A stretch of DNA of 64,000 bases from Thermodesulfobacteriaceae bacterium (lineage in GTDB: Bacteria; Desulfobacterota; Thermodesulfobacteria; Thermodesulfobacteriales; Thermodesulfatatoraceae): NCBI GenBank assembly GCA_015494065.1, contig WGCA01000025.1, positions 4,396 to 68,395 of the forward strand. The letters are read 5' to 3'. Positions 1 to 8,222 of this stretch are shown here, piece by piece (the stretch's first letter is position 1; each line of letters begins with the position of its first letter). The notes beneath the pieces were generated by a model. That model saw nothing but the letters and a program-made list of their open reading frames with translations, was not told the origin of the DNA and searched no databases. The position numbers and the translations under genes were made by a program.

Positions 1-1916
1 ACCCGGTATACCCCGTTTAAGCGCCGCACCAAAAGGCGAAGCGGATCCCGACTGGCCTTATATTCCTGAAGGAGGCTCAATTCCTTTGTGATTTCGTCCA
101 ATGAAGCGTGTAACAAGTAACAGGGCGGCAAGGTCTCTACCAAGGGACCAAAATCTTTCTTCAGTTTTTCCTCACGTTGAAGTAGTTCTTTTACGGTTTC
201 CTTCTGGGAAAGCTCGCCTTCGGTAAGGAGTTTAGCCGCTTTCAGATAAAGTTCTTTTACCAGGGCCATTTTCCATTCGTTCCAGGCCGCAGGGCCGGTA
301 GCCCGGGAATCAGCCACGGTCAAATAATAAAGACGGGTCAGGTGCCCCACGTCACCCATCTGGCGGGCAAAATCAACCACCACCTTTTCTTCCGTAAGGT
401 CCCGTCTAAGCGCAGTCTCCACCAGGAAGAGGTGTTGCGCTACCAGACGTTTTACCTGTTCAGCCTGTTTAGGAGAAAGACCAAGCCTTAAAGCGATCTG
501 GTAAGCCTTTTCCGCCCCAGTGCGCGCGTGGCCCGGGCCCTGTCCCTTGGTGATATCGTGGAGCAGGGCTGCCAAGAACAAGACCTCTTCGTCTTCGATG
601 AGGTCCCAAAAATCAGGCTCTTCTTCTCTCAGCCTGTTGAGTTCCGCCACGGTAAGGAAAAGGTGTTCGTCTAAGGGATGGATATGATAGACGTCAAACT
701 GAGTAAGGCCTAATAGCCTTTCAAATTCCGGTAGCACATAGAGCAGGACCCCGGTGTCCCTGAGACTCTGGAGGGCCAGGTAGGCGTGTGGCTTGGTCAA
801 CAATTTGATAAAAATACGCCCTTCAAAGCCAGAAAATTTTTTAAGGGGTTTCTTTTCTTTGAGAAAGGAACGGGTGAGGTGGTGTAATTTAAGCCCTGTT
901 TCTGCCTGGAACAAAAAGATTTGCAGCAGGTAAGAAGGGTCCAGCAAAGCTTGTTCCCGGAAAAGGAGGTGAATCCTCCCCGAAAGGATTTCAAGGCCCG
1001 GGGCTAGGAGTTTCCGTTCTTCCGGGCGCAGCCCTAAAATGACCTCCACGTGATCAAAAAGGGCCTCCACCCCTTCTCTGATAACAGTCATGGCCCGGTA
1101 AATACCGGTCATAAATTTCTCTATGGCCGCTTCCACCTCGAGACCAAAGCCCAGTTTTACCGCAAGAGTGGGTTGGTATTCAAAATAGAGACGATCTTCC
1201 TTGCGGCCAGCCAAAAGGTGGAGCTCCTCCCTTACCAGAAGGAGAAAATTGAAAGCAGCCTTTAAAGTGGCCTTTTCCCCGGGAGTAATGAGCCCGGCCC
1301 TTTCCATGTCTTTGAGACCATACAAACCAAAGATAATTCGGGCCACCCAAAGGAGGAAATGATAGTCCCGCAGGCCCCCAAGCCCCTCTTTTAAATGAGG
1401 CTCCAGGAGATAGGCCTCCCCCTGATATTGAGCCAGGCGCCTCTTACGAGCCTCTTTCAGAGCCTGAAAAATTTCCTTCCGCCGGCCTGAAATCAGACGT
1501 TCCTCAAAAAGACTGACAAATTTGCGGTAAAGCCCACGGCTGCCCGCGATCAGCCGGGTGCTGAGCAAAGAAGTAAAAAGAGAAAGGTCTTTTAAGGCGT
1601 CGCTCAATACCTCTTCTAAAGTGCAGACCCGGTAGCCCACCTCGAAGTGTTTGTCCCAAAGGGGGTAGCTGATGGCTTGGACCGCCTGAGACAAAAGTTC
1701 CTCGTCTAAGTCCTGGTGTAGAAAGAGCAAGTCGATATCAGAATAGGGACAAAGCACCCGCTGGCCGTACCCTCCGGTGGCGATAATGCAAAAGGGCCTG
1801 CGCTTTAACTCCGCCGGGTAAAGGCCCTTCAACAGACGGTCAATCTCTTTGCTGCGGGCCACCACTTGAGGCTTGGCTGCCGGCAAGACAGCCAAGCCCG
1901 CTTTCTCCGTGGGCAT
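1..1916 (-). CDS. glnD: [Protein-PII] uridylyltransferase/uridylyl-removing enzyme GlnD, N-terminal ~638 codons (3' end lies beyond the window edge)
   Basis: Missing from the ORF track because the frame stays open to position 1. Manual translation from the ATG at 1916..1914 gives MPTEKAGLAVL...ATGGYGQRVLCPYSDIDLLFLH (nucleotidyltransferase motif). Further on it gives ALLHDITKGQGPGHARTG (HD domain) in the same frame. The start abuts the glnB stop (TAAATG). Confidence 0.8.
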   Translation of the reverse strand, partial: MPTEKAGLAVLPAAKPQVVARSKEIDRLLKGLYPAELKRRPFCIIATGGYGQRVLCPYSDIDLLFLHQDLDEELLSQAVQAISYPLWDKHFEVGYRVCTLEEVLSDALKDLSLFTSLLSTRLIAGSRGLYRKFVSLFEERLISGRRKEIFQALKEARKRRLAQYQGEAYLLEPHLKEGLGGLRDYHFLLWVARIIFGLYGLKDMERAGLITPGEKATLKAAFNFLLLVREELHLLAGRKEDRLYFEYQPTLAVKLGFGLEVEAAIEKFMTGIYRAMTVIREGVEALFDHVEVILGLRPEERKLLAPGLEILSGRIHLLFREQALLDPSYLLQIFLFQAETGLKLHHLTRSFLKEKKPLKKFSGFEGRIFIKLLTKPHAYLALQSLRDTGVLLYVLPEFERLLGLTQFDVYHIHPLDEHLFLTVAELNRLREEEPDFWDLIEDEEVLFLAALLHDITKGQGPGHARTGAEKAYQIALRLGLSPKQAEQVKRLVAQHLFLVETALRRDLTEEKVVVDFARQMGDVGHLTRLYYLTVADSRATGPAAWNEWKMALVKELYLKAAKLLTEGELSQKETVKELLQREEKLKKDFGPLVETLPPCYLLHASLDEITKELSLLQEYKASRDPLRLLVRRLNGVYR

Positions 1917-2255
<339 letters not shown>

Positions 2256-2293
2256 TTAAACCTCCTTAAATTCTGACGCTTATCAAAGCTCTA

Positions 2294-2309
2294 TACAATC
2301 TTTGTGCCA
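2294..2309 (-). promoter_or_regulatory. Sigma-54 (-24/-12) type promoter candidate for glnB-glnD
   Basis: The minus strand reads TTGGCACAAAGATTGTAT, i.e. TGGCAC-N5-TTGT versus the consensus TGGCAC-N5-TTGC. It ends about 38 nt upstream of the glnB ATG and ahead of the GGAGG RBS. Confidence 0.5.
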
Positions 2310-2313
2310 AGAC

Positions 2314-3237
2314 CTAGGCCTCTAACATCAAGGAAGCCGGCAGAGCCTTTTTACATTTATGTAACGATTTAGGGGATTTTTTTACAACTTTGTCAAAATC
2401 TTTGCGGTCCGCAGGAGCTATTTTGAGGATCATACCTTCTACGAAGACCACGGGTTTGAGGGAGGTGTGTTTGCGGTGCAGAGAAAAGAGGTAGGCGTTT
2501 TCTTCAAGTTCGGTCTTTAGTAAGGGCAGACAGGTCCTTTTAAAAACCTCGGTTTGGATAGCGTTTAAGACCTCGAAGGCTTTAAGGTCAGGCAAACCTC
2601 CCTCGGCGGCCTGCATGGTGGGCTTCTTTTCCAGCAGGGGCCAGATTTCCAGCTTCCGGCGGGGGACCGAACCGATCAGGGTGATAAAATTTACCGGCTG
2701 AAAAAGCCGCCGCCTGGGAAAACGATAGTAGAGCTGGCCTTCTTCATCAAAGAGGAGTTCCTTAAAGGCCACGTGCCGGGCATAACCGGTAAAAGAGGTA
2801 TTGAATTTGAGCCCCAGGTCCAGGAGAGTAACCTTTATCTTACGGGGTTGCTCGGGAAAAAGGGTAGAGGTGGGCCTTTGGGAGACCTCAAGGAGGTGAC
2901 GCCAGAAGTTTTCCGCCAGCAATTCCTGCTGCCGTAAAAGGACGGCCAGTTTCCGGTTAAGCTCGTCTATGGTGCGCCGCTGGGTGCGCCGGCAAAGACG
3001 CTTCAAATACGCCTTACGGTGGGCTCGAAAGGAATCAGGGTTGCGCTCAAGGTCAAGGGCCTCAAAGGCGAGATTAAGCTCCACCGCTTTTTCCTTGCCG
3101 CCGTTCCGGAGATCCGGGTGGAAGGCCCTTTGAAGAGCCCGGTAACAGGCCTTGACCAGGGCGTAAAGGGCCTCTTCTTCCAGCTCACGAACCATTTCTG
3201 GGGCGATGCCCAAAACCTCAAAAGGGTTGCGCTGCAT
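2314..3237 (-). CDS. J-domain (DnaJ-like) protein; the ~230-aa C-terminal region has unknown function
   Basis: N-terminus NPFEVLGIAPEM...LVKACYRALQRAFHPDL carries the HPD tripeptide. There is no Gly/Phe region and no Zn-finger. Confidence 0.7.
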   Translation of the reverse strand: MQRNPFEVLGIAPEMVRELEEEALYALVKACYRALQRAFHPDLRNGGKEKAVELNLAFEALDLERNPDSFRAHRKAYLKRLCRRTQRRTIDELNRKLAVLLRQQELLAENFWRHLLEVSQRPTSTLFPEQPRKIKVTLLDLGLKFNTSFTGYARHVAFKELLFDEEGQLYYRFPRRRLFQPVNFITLIGSVPRRKLEIWPLLEKKPTMQAAEGGLPDLKAFEVLNAIQTEVFKRTCLPLLKTELEENAYLFSLHRKHTSLKPVVFVEGMILKIAPADRKDFDKVVKKSPKSLHKCKKALPASLMLEA

Positions 3238-3351
3238 AGCTATATTTTACTCACCTGAAATCCATCTGGCTAATATCTCAGGGAACAGATTTTCGGATTA
3301 ACAAGAACGTTTTCTTCTGGTATGCCATTTTCAAAACACAAGGAGGACTAA

Positions 3352-4404
3352 ATGGCTTTTTCCGGGCACACCTACCCTACCCTTATCGGGAGTTTCCCCG
3401 GTTCAGAACATAAAAAGGCCCTTGATTATATCTTTCGGTACTGTCCCGAAATTCCCTGCTGGCCCCAGCTACCCGCCTATCCCCAGGAGGGCATGCTTGT
3501 CCAGTTCTCAGGAGGACTTCCAGGTTTTAATCCGCAAAGGCTTGTTCTAGACCCAGAAGATGCCGCCTTTGAAAAAGAGATGCTGGCCTTCTACGAGGAG
3601 TACCTGGCCGTCAAAGAGGGACAAAAGCCTTTTGCTGCCACCCGTTTTGCCTTAAAAGAAGACGATGCCCCCGGGCTTTTTATGTTCAAAGAACGGCTCA
3701 AAGAAGGCCACTCCATTCCCCTGGCGGTAAAGGGACAGATCACCGGGCCTTTTACTTTAGCGGTAGGGCTTAAGACCAAAGAAGGGAAGGCGGCCTTTTA
3801 CGACCCCACCTTAAGGGACCTGATAACCAAAAACATCGCCCTCAAAGCCGCTTTTCAGGTGGAATTCTTAAAGGATTTTGGGGTCCCTGTCATCATCTTT
3901 CTTGATGAACCAGCCCTTTCAGGTTTTGGCTCTTCAAGTTTCGTGGGGGTAAATCGTGAGGAGGTCCTCCAGGTAATTCAGGAAGTGGTAGAAGAGATCA
4001 GGGGGCGGGGCGGTATTCCCGGAGTCCACGTCTGTGCCAACACGGAATGGGACCTGCTCATAGAGGCCGGGCTTGATATCCTTAATTTTGACGCCTTTGA
4101 TTACCTTGACCGGTTCCTCTTATATGAAACGCCCTTGAAGGGTTTCCTAAACCAGGGGGGCAACATCGCCTGGGGCATCGTCCCCACCCTGAAACCAGAA
4201 GCCCTTAAGAAAACCCAGGCCGAAGCCTTAACTGAAAAACTGGAAGTAGCCCTGGAAAGGCTTAGCCAGCAGGGTCTTTCAAAAGGGTTTGTTCTGGAAA
4301 AATCCCTCATCACCCCCAGCTGCGGGATGGGGACGCTGTCTGAAGAATTGGTCCCGCATGCCCTTTCCCTTTTACGGGAGGTGGCTACCAAATTGAGACC
4401 CTAA
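3352..4404 (+). CDS. MetE-catalytic-domain / UROD-superfamily zinc methyltransferase-like protein (possible 'core' methionine synthase)
   Basis: 350-aa ORF behind an AGGAGG RBS. It has an H-x-C motif (GVHVCANTEWD) and a distal Cys (ITPSCGMG), spaced as in MetE/MtaA-type Zn sites. Family assigned by eye only. Confidence 0.45.
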   Translation: MAFSGHTYPTLIGSFPGSEHKKALDYIFRYCPEIPCWPQLPAYPQEGMLVQFSGGLPGFNPQRLVLDPEDAAFEKEMLAFYEEYLAVKEGQKPFAATRFALKEDDAPGLFMFKERLKEGHSIPLAVKGQITGPFTLAVGLKTKEGKAAFYDPTLRDLITKNIALKAAFQVEFLKDFGVPVIIFLDEPALSGFGSSSFVGVNREEVLQVIQEVVEEIRGRGGIPGVHVCANTEWDLLIEAGLDILNFDAFDYLDRFLLYETPLKGFLNQGGNIAWGIVPTLKPEALKKTQAEALTEKLEVALERLSQQGLSKGFVLEKSLITPSCGMGTLSEELVPHALSLLREVATKLRP

Positions 4405-4415
4405 GGGGAAGCTAG

Positions 4416-5015
4416 ATGGTCTTTGAGCTGGAAAAAGAAAGAGAAATCCTCATTCCAGACACCAGCGTTTTTACCAACCCGGACGTTTACCGGGAGTTTG
4501 GTAAAGACCCCAACGAAGCCTTTGTCAACTTTTTGGAATTAGCGGCCAAGGCCCCGCAAGTGAAAGTTTATATGCCTTCTTCGGTGTACGAAGAGTTGAA
4601 AAAGATGCTCAAAACCCCCCGGATCCCTCCCAAAGCCCGGGCGGTCTTTCGGGTCAAATCCCCCAAGAAATACGAAATCCAGATACCGGCCTTTTTGCTT
4701 TACGAACTCATTGACGATATCCGCCAAAGGATCAACAAGGGCCTGAGGGTGGCGGAGGAGGCGGTCCGGGCCTCCACCCAGAAGAAACCCGACGAAATTA
4801 TCAACGCCTTACGCCGTAAATACCGGGAGGCCCTGCGGGAAGGGATCGTGGATTCCAAAGAAGACATAGAGCTCATTTTGCTAGCCCTGGAACTGGATGG
4901 GCTTTTGCTTTCCGCCGACCGGGGCATCCTGGCCCTGGCAGACAAGTTGGGCATACGCTGGGTGCCACCTGAAGAAATCAGGGACACCCTAGAAGGACTC
5001 ATTTATAATCCCTAG
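4416..5015 (+). CDS. PIN-like UPF0278 / Aq_880-type protein (HARP, candidate protein-only RNase P)
   Basis: 199 aa. LIPDTSVFTNPDVYREF..., INKGLRVAEE, RRKYREALREGIVDSKEDIELILLALELDGLLLSADRG match my recollection of the Aquifex Aq_880/MJ0950 family, including the acidic PIN residues. Confidence 0.6.
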   Translation: MVFELEKEREILIPDTSVFTNPDVYREFGKDPNEAFVNFLELAAKAPQVKVYMPSSVYEELKKMLKTPRIPPKARAVFRVKSPKKYEIQIPAFLLYELIDDIRQRINKGLRVAEEAVRASTQKKPDEIINALRRKYREALREGIVDSKEDIELILLALELDGLLLSADRGILALADKLGIRWVPPEEIRDTLEGLIYNP

Positions 5016-5660
5016 GCTCCTTCTATAAAAACGCCTCAGATCCCGGGAAAGGACTACCGGCTTAAGAAGTCCTTCTTTGATGGCGGCGATTAACTGGGCG
5101 GCGTCTTCTATCCGTCTCGGACAAAGGTTGGCCACGGTTCCGATTTCATCGGGAAAGTGGGCGTCACTGCCAGCCGTGGCAGGAAGCCCGTACGCCTCGG
5201 CCAAAAGATAGGCCTTTTCGTTCTCCAATGGGGAAGTACGCCCGTTTAAAACCTCGATAGCATCCACCAGCCCTTTTGCGAGTATTTCTTCCCGCACCTT
5301 GCGGCCCCAACGAAAGGGATGGGCCCAGATAATGATACCGCCCAGGCGGTGGATCTCCCAGGAGATCTCTTCTGTAGAAAGCCCTTTGGGCCAATAAGGG
5401 ACTTTTTGTGGTGCCAGCAAAATAAAATCTCCGTCGCGGGTCGAGTATTCCATCCCGACCACGGCCTGAGGTAAGTCTTTTCCTTTGAGCTGAGGAAGCT
5501 CTGAGGCCGCCTCGGTACTGAAATGGTCCGTGATGCAGACCAGATGAAGACCGCAGGCCTTGGCCCGCGAGAGAGATTCTTTAAGGCTCTGGCCTCCGCA
5601 GGGAGAGACATCTGTATGGAGGTGGAGATCTATGAGGAACCCTTTTTCAGGCGCGGCCAA
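4989..5660 (-). CDS. PHP-family metal-dependent phosphoesterase
   Basis: N-terminal IDLHLHTDVSPCG, then ITDH, then SDAH motifs. The start codon is TTG. The 3' end overlaps the convergent HARP gene by 27 nt. Confidence 0.8.
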   Translation of the reverse strand: MAAPEKGFLIDLHLHTDVSPCGGQSLKESLSRAKACGLHLVCITDHFSTEAASELPQLKGKDLPQAVVGMEYSTRDGDFILLAPQKVPYWPKGLSTEEISWEIHRLGGIIIWAHPFRWGRKVREEILAKGLVDAIEVLNGRTSPLENEKAYLLAEAYGLPATAGSDAHFPDEIGTVANLCPRRIEDAAQLIAAIKEGLLKPVVLSRDLRRFYRRSLGIINESF

Positions 5661-6214
5661 AACCCCGGTACCTCCTTTTGATACTGTTCATATTCGGGAA
5701 ACATGAGTTTGAGTTTTTTCTCTTCCAGTTTAGTCCCGATAAGCAAATAACCGGTGAGTAAAAGGTCTACCCAAAACCAGGAAAGGGATTGGTCTCTTAC
5801 CCAGAGGAAGATAAAGCCCGCGGTATAAAGGGGATGGCGTAAGCGCAAGAGTATGCCTTCTCTTTTAAGCTCTCTCTTTTCCGGTTTAAGCCCAAAAAAA
5901 TTCATAAACCCATACACTTTAAAGGCGGCCAGCATAAGGTAAAGGGCCCCGAAGAACAAGGCCAAACGCAGGGGCCAGAGATAAAAAGGCCATTTAAAAA
6001 CCAGCGGACCATCCAGCTGGTAAGTCCAGCATACCAGGGCAAGGACCGTAACGGTGCTAAAGATATTGAATAGCAACCGCCCCCATCTCTTGAAAAAAGG
6101 GCTCTTCTCACAAAAACGCCGCAACCTCAAAGTCAACAAGAAACTGTGGCCAAAACACCAAAAAGCCCAGGCCAAGAGAAGGGGGCCAAGTTGTTGCAAG
6201 GGCCGCTCTACCAA
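5630..6214 (-). CDS. Integral-membrane methyltransferase, ICMT/PEMT-like family
   Basis: Multi-pass hydrophobic 194-aa ORF with an RHPLYTAGFIFLW motif typical of isoprenylcysteine/phospholipid methyltransferase-like proteins. Start (TTG) is uncertain. Confidence 0.55.
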   Translation of the reverse strand: MVERPLQQLGPLLLAWAFWCFGHSFLLTLRLRRFCEKSPFFKRWGRLLFNIFSTVTVLALVCWTYQLDGPLVFKWPFYLWPLRLALFFGALYLMLAAFKVYGFMNFFGLKPEKRELKREGILLRLRHPLYTAGFIFLWVRDQSLSWFWVDLLLTGYLLIGTKLEEKKLKLMFPEYEQYQKEVPGFWPRLKKGSS

Positions 6215-6217
6215 CTT

Positions 6218-7357
6218 CTACACAAAATAAGTCGGCCGAAAGATCTCGCTTTCCAGGTAGTGGGATGAGACCATTTCCACGTAATCGTCCAGCCAATAGG
6301 CGTCAGGGTTGCGGCGGTAAATAAGGATTTTGCCGGTGTTCTTATTGTCCGCCGCCCGGTGGAATTTAAAGATAATCTGCTCTTCGGTGAGGGCCACGAT
6401 CTCTAGTTTACCTTTTTCGTGAGACATGGTGAACCTGGCCCGTTTGGCGAGCCCCGAGACCAGCCCCCGGGCCGTCTCAAATATCTGATAGCCCTCTTCA
6501 ATGGGCACCGCGTAAGGGCGGTTACCCACCGTGGGCCGGCACTGGAAGACGTAATAAGGGGCAATCCCCGCAAAAGAAAGCTTGCGGAAGAGCTCGGCCA
6601 GGACCTGCGGGTCGTCGTTTACCCCACGGATGAGAGGGGTCTGGTTAAGCACCAGTGCGCCGGCCTCCATGAGCAGGGAACAGGCCTTTATCGCCTCCGG
6701 GGTCAATTCACGGGGATGATCAAAATGGACGATCACGTAAAGGCGGCGGGTAGGGGTAGAATACGTCTTGATCAGGTTTAAAAGGTCCGGGTCGTTTAGG
6801 ATCCGGTGCGGATAGTAAGCCGGTACTTTGGTCCCCAGGCGGATGATCCCCACGTGGGGAACGCGGCGGAGCTTGCTGATGAGTTCCCGCAAATAGCCGG
6901 TGGGGAGCATTAAAGAATCACCCCCGGAAAGAATGACGTTAGTTATCTCCGGGTGCCCCATGATGTAGCGTACGGCCCCGTCCAGGTCTTCCAGCCTTTC
7001 TGGCTGACCACCGTCTACAAAGAGACGTTTGCGAAAGCAGTAACGACATAGCCCAGCGCAATTACTACTTGCCAGCAAAAGGACGGTAGAATCGTACTTG
7101 TGCTGGAGGCCGGGCATAACCGTGTAGGCCTTTTCGTTAGAAGGATCAAGGCGCCCCCACTCCCATTCCTGGAGTTCGTCTTCATGGGGTAAGACGATGC
7201 GGGCCAGCGGATCATTAGGATCAGTAAGATCAATCAGGTTCAGGTAATATTCAGTACATTTAAAAGGATACTTGGCCACCACTTCCTGTATCCTCTCGTT
7301 TTCCGCCAGAGAGGGAATATACCGCGTGGAAGATATAAAGGTTGTCCTATGCGCCAT
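6218..7357 (-). CDS. KamA-family radical SAM aminomutase (lysine 2,3-aminomutase-like)
   Basis: CAGLCRYCFRKR (CxxxCxxC) cluster motif and a KamA-type N-terminus (KYPFKCTEYYLNLID). The ATG at 7357 sits 5 nt after GGAGG and is preferred over the GTG at 7363. Confidence 0.85.
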   Translation of the reverse strand: MAHRTTFISSTRYIPSLAENERIQEVVAKYPFKCTEYYLNLIDLTDPNDPLARIVLPHEDELQEWEWGRLDPSNEKAYTVMPGLQHKYDSTVLLLASSNCAGLCRYCFRKRLFVDGGQPERLEDLDGAVRYIMGHPEITNVILSGGDSLMLPTGYLRELISKLRRVPHVGIIRLGTKVPAYYPHRILNDPDLLNLIKTYSTPTRRLYVIVHFDHPRELTPEAIKACSLLMEAGALVLNQTPLIRGVNDDPQVLAELFRKLSFAGIAPYYVFQCRPTVGNRPYAVPIEEGYQIFETARGLVSGLAKRARFTMSHEKGKLEIVALTEEQIIFKFHRAADNKNTGKILIYRRNPDAYWLDDYVEMVSSHYLESEIFRPTYFV

Positions 7358-7463
7358 GAGCACCTCCTTTCAAAGATTCTGCCTCGTAAGGCCGCTAGGG
7401 ACGAGAAAGCGGCGGTGTAAAAAACAGCGGTTAACTCTTTTTAACCTTAAAGAACCTGGTTCG

Positions 7464-8222
7464 TCAAGTAAGATGAGAAAGAGTCTCAGTTAAAATTTGT
7501 TGGAAGCTGGTCTTTTTTAATTGTTTTCCGTCATAAAAAAAGAGGGTGAAAGAAAGGGAAGGAAGGGCTCTGAGCTTTTCTATTACCTGGGGTAGGAGGT
7601 CACCCAGAAGGTCTTTGCCCATCTGGCCGTAAGCCCAGACCCAGAAAGCTCGTACGAATGGATCCGGGGAATCTATCAGGTGAAAGGCGTAGGCCGGGGC
7701 CTTGTATTCCTTGAGAAGGTGAGGAAATTCCTGGGCCAGCCGGCCGATACCCCAGATCACTCCGCGCTGGGCCGGGGGATATTCCAGATAATTGCCCTCC
7801 GGCCAGATATAAGAAATCAGGATAGAGGTGTATTCTTTGGCCAATTTTTCGTGGTTAGCCAGGGCCTCAGCCATGGCTTCCGGGACGCCCCAGGCCATAC
7901 CCCCCGACTCTTCGTTTAACATCCACATGAAGCGTCTGATGATAACCCGGGCGTGTTCTATGTCTTCACGGGCGATCTCTGCTACCACGACCCCTATGGC
8001 GGCCACCGCTTTCCAACGAACGGCCTCGTCCCGGTGACAAAGGGCGCCGATTAGCGGGTTTATGGCCTGCCGCGGGGGAAATTCCCGGATTTTTTCTTTG
8101 ATTAAGGGGAGGTCCTCCCTCTGTAAAAGGTGGAGGACCTCCTGCTTTAACGCACGGTGGGAAAAGGCCTTATGCACCACTCTTTCCTTTGATAGCTTGA
8201 GCGATACTCCGGCCCAGCTCAA
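7464..8222 (-). CDS. HEAT/ARM-like repeat protein of unknown function, co-oriented with fprA-dfx
   Basis: 252-aa ORF with helical repeat character (AINPLIGALCHRDEAVRWKAVAAIG...). It overlaps the fprA 3' end by 53 nt in another frame, so the start is uncertain. Confidence 0.4.
   Translation of the reverse strand: MSWAGVSLKLSKERVVHKAFSHRALKQEVLHLLQREDLPLIKEKIREFPPRQAINPLIGALCHRDEAVRWKAVAAIGVVVAEIAREDIEHARVIIRRFMWMLNEESGGMAWGVPEAMAEALANHEKLAKEYTSILISYIWPEGNYLEYPPAQRGVIWGIGRLAQEFPHLLKEYKAPAYAFHLIDSPDPFVRAFWVWAYGQMGKDLLGDLLPQVIEKLRALPSLSFTLFFYDGKQLKKTSFQQILTETLSHLT

Noticed and set aside
3318-3333. A second sigma-54-like element, TGGTATG-CCAT-TTTCA, upstream of the MetE-like gene.
   Set aside because: Both key elements are degraded (TGGTAT instead of TGGCAC, and TTTC instead of TTGC). 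The implied TSS would fall inside the RBS.
6215-6220. The KamA-like gene and the downstream membrane methyltransferase are in the same frame, separated only by TAG-AAG. Considered stop-codon read-through or pyrrolysine.
   Set aside because: Same-frame adjacency has a 1-in-3 chance expectation. There is no Pyl context and no conserved junction sequence. A soluble radical-SAM enzyme fused to a polytopic membrane protein has no support.
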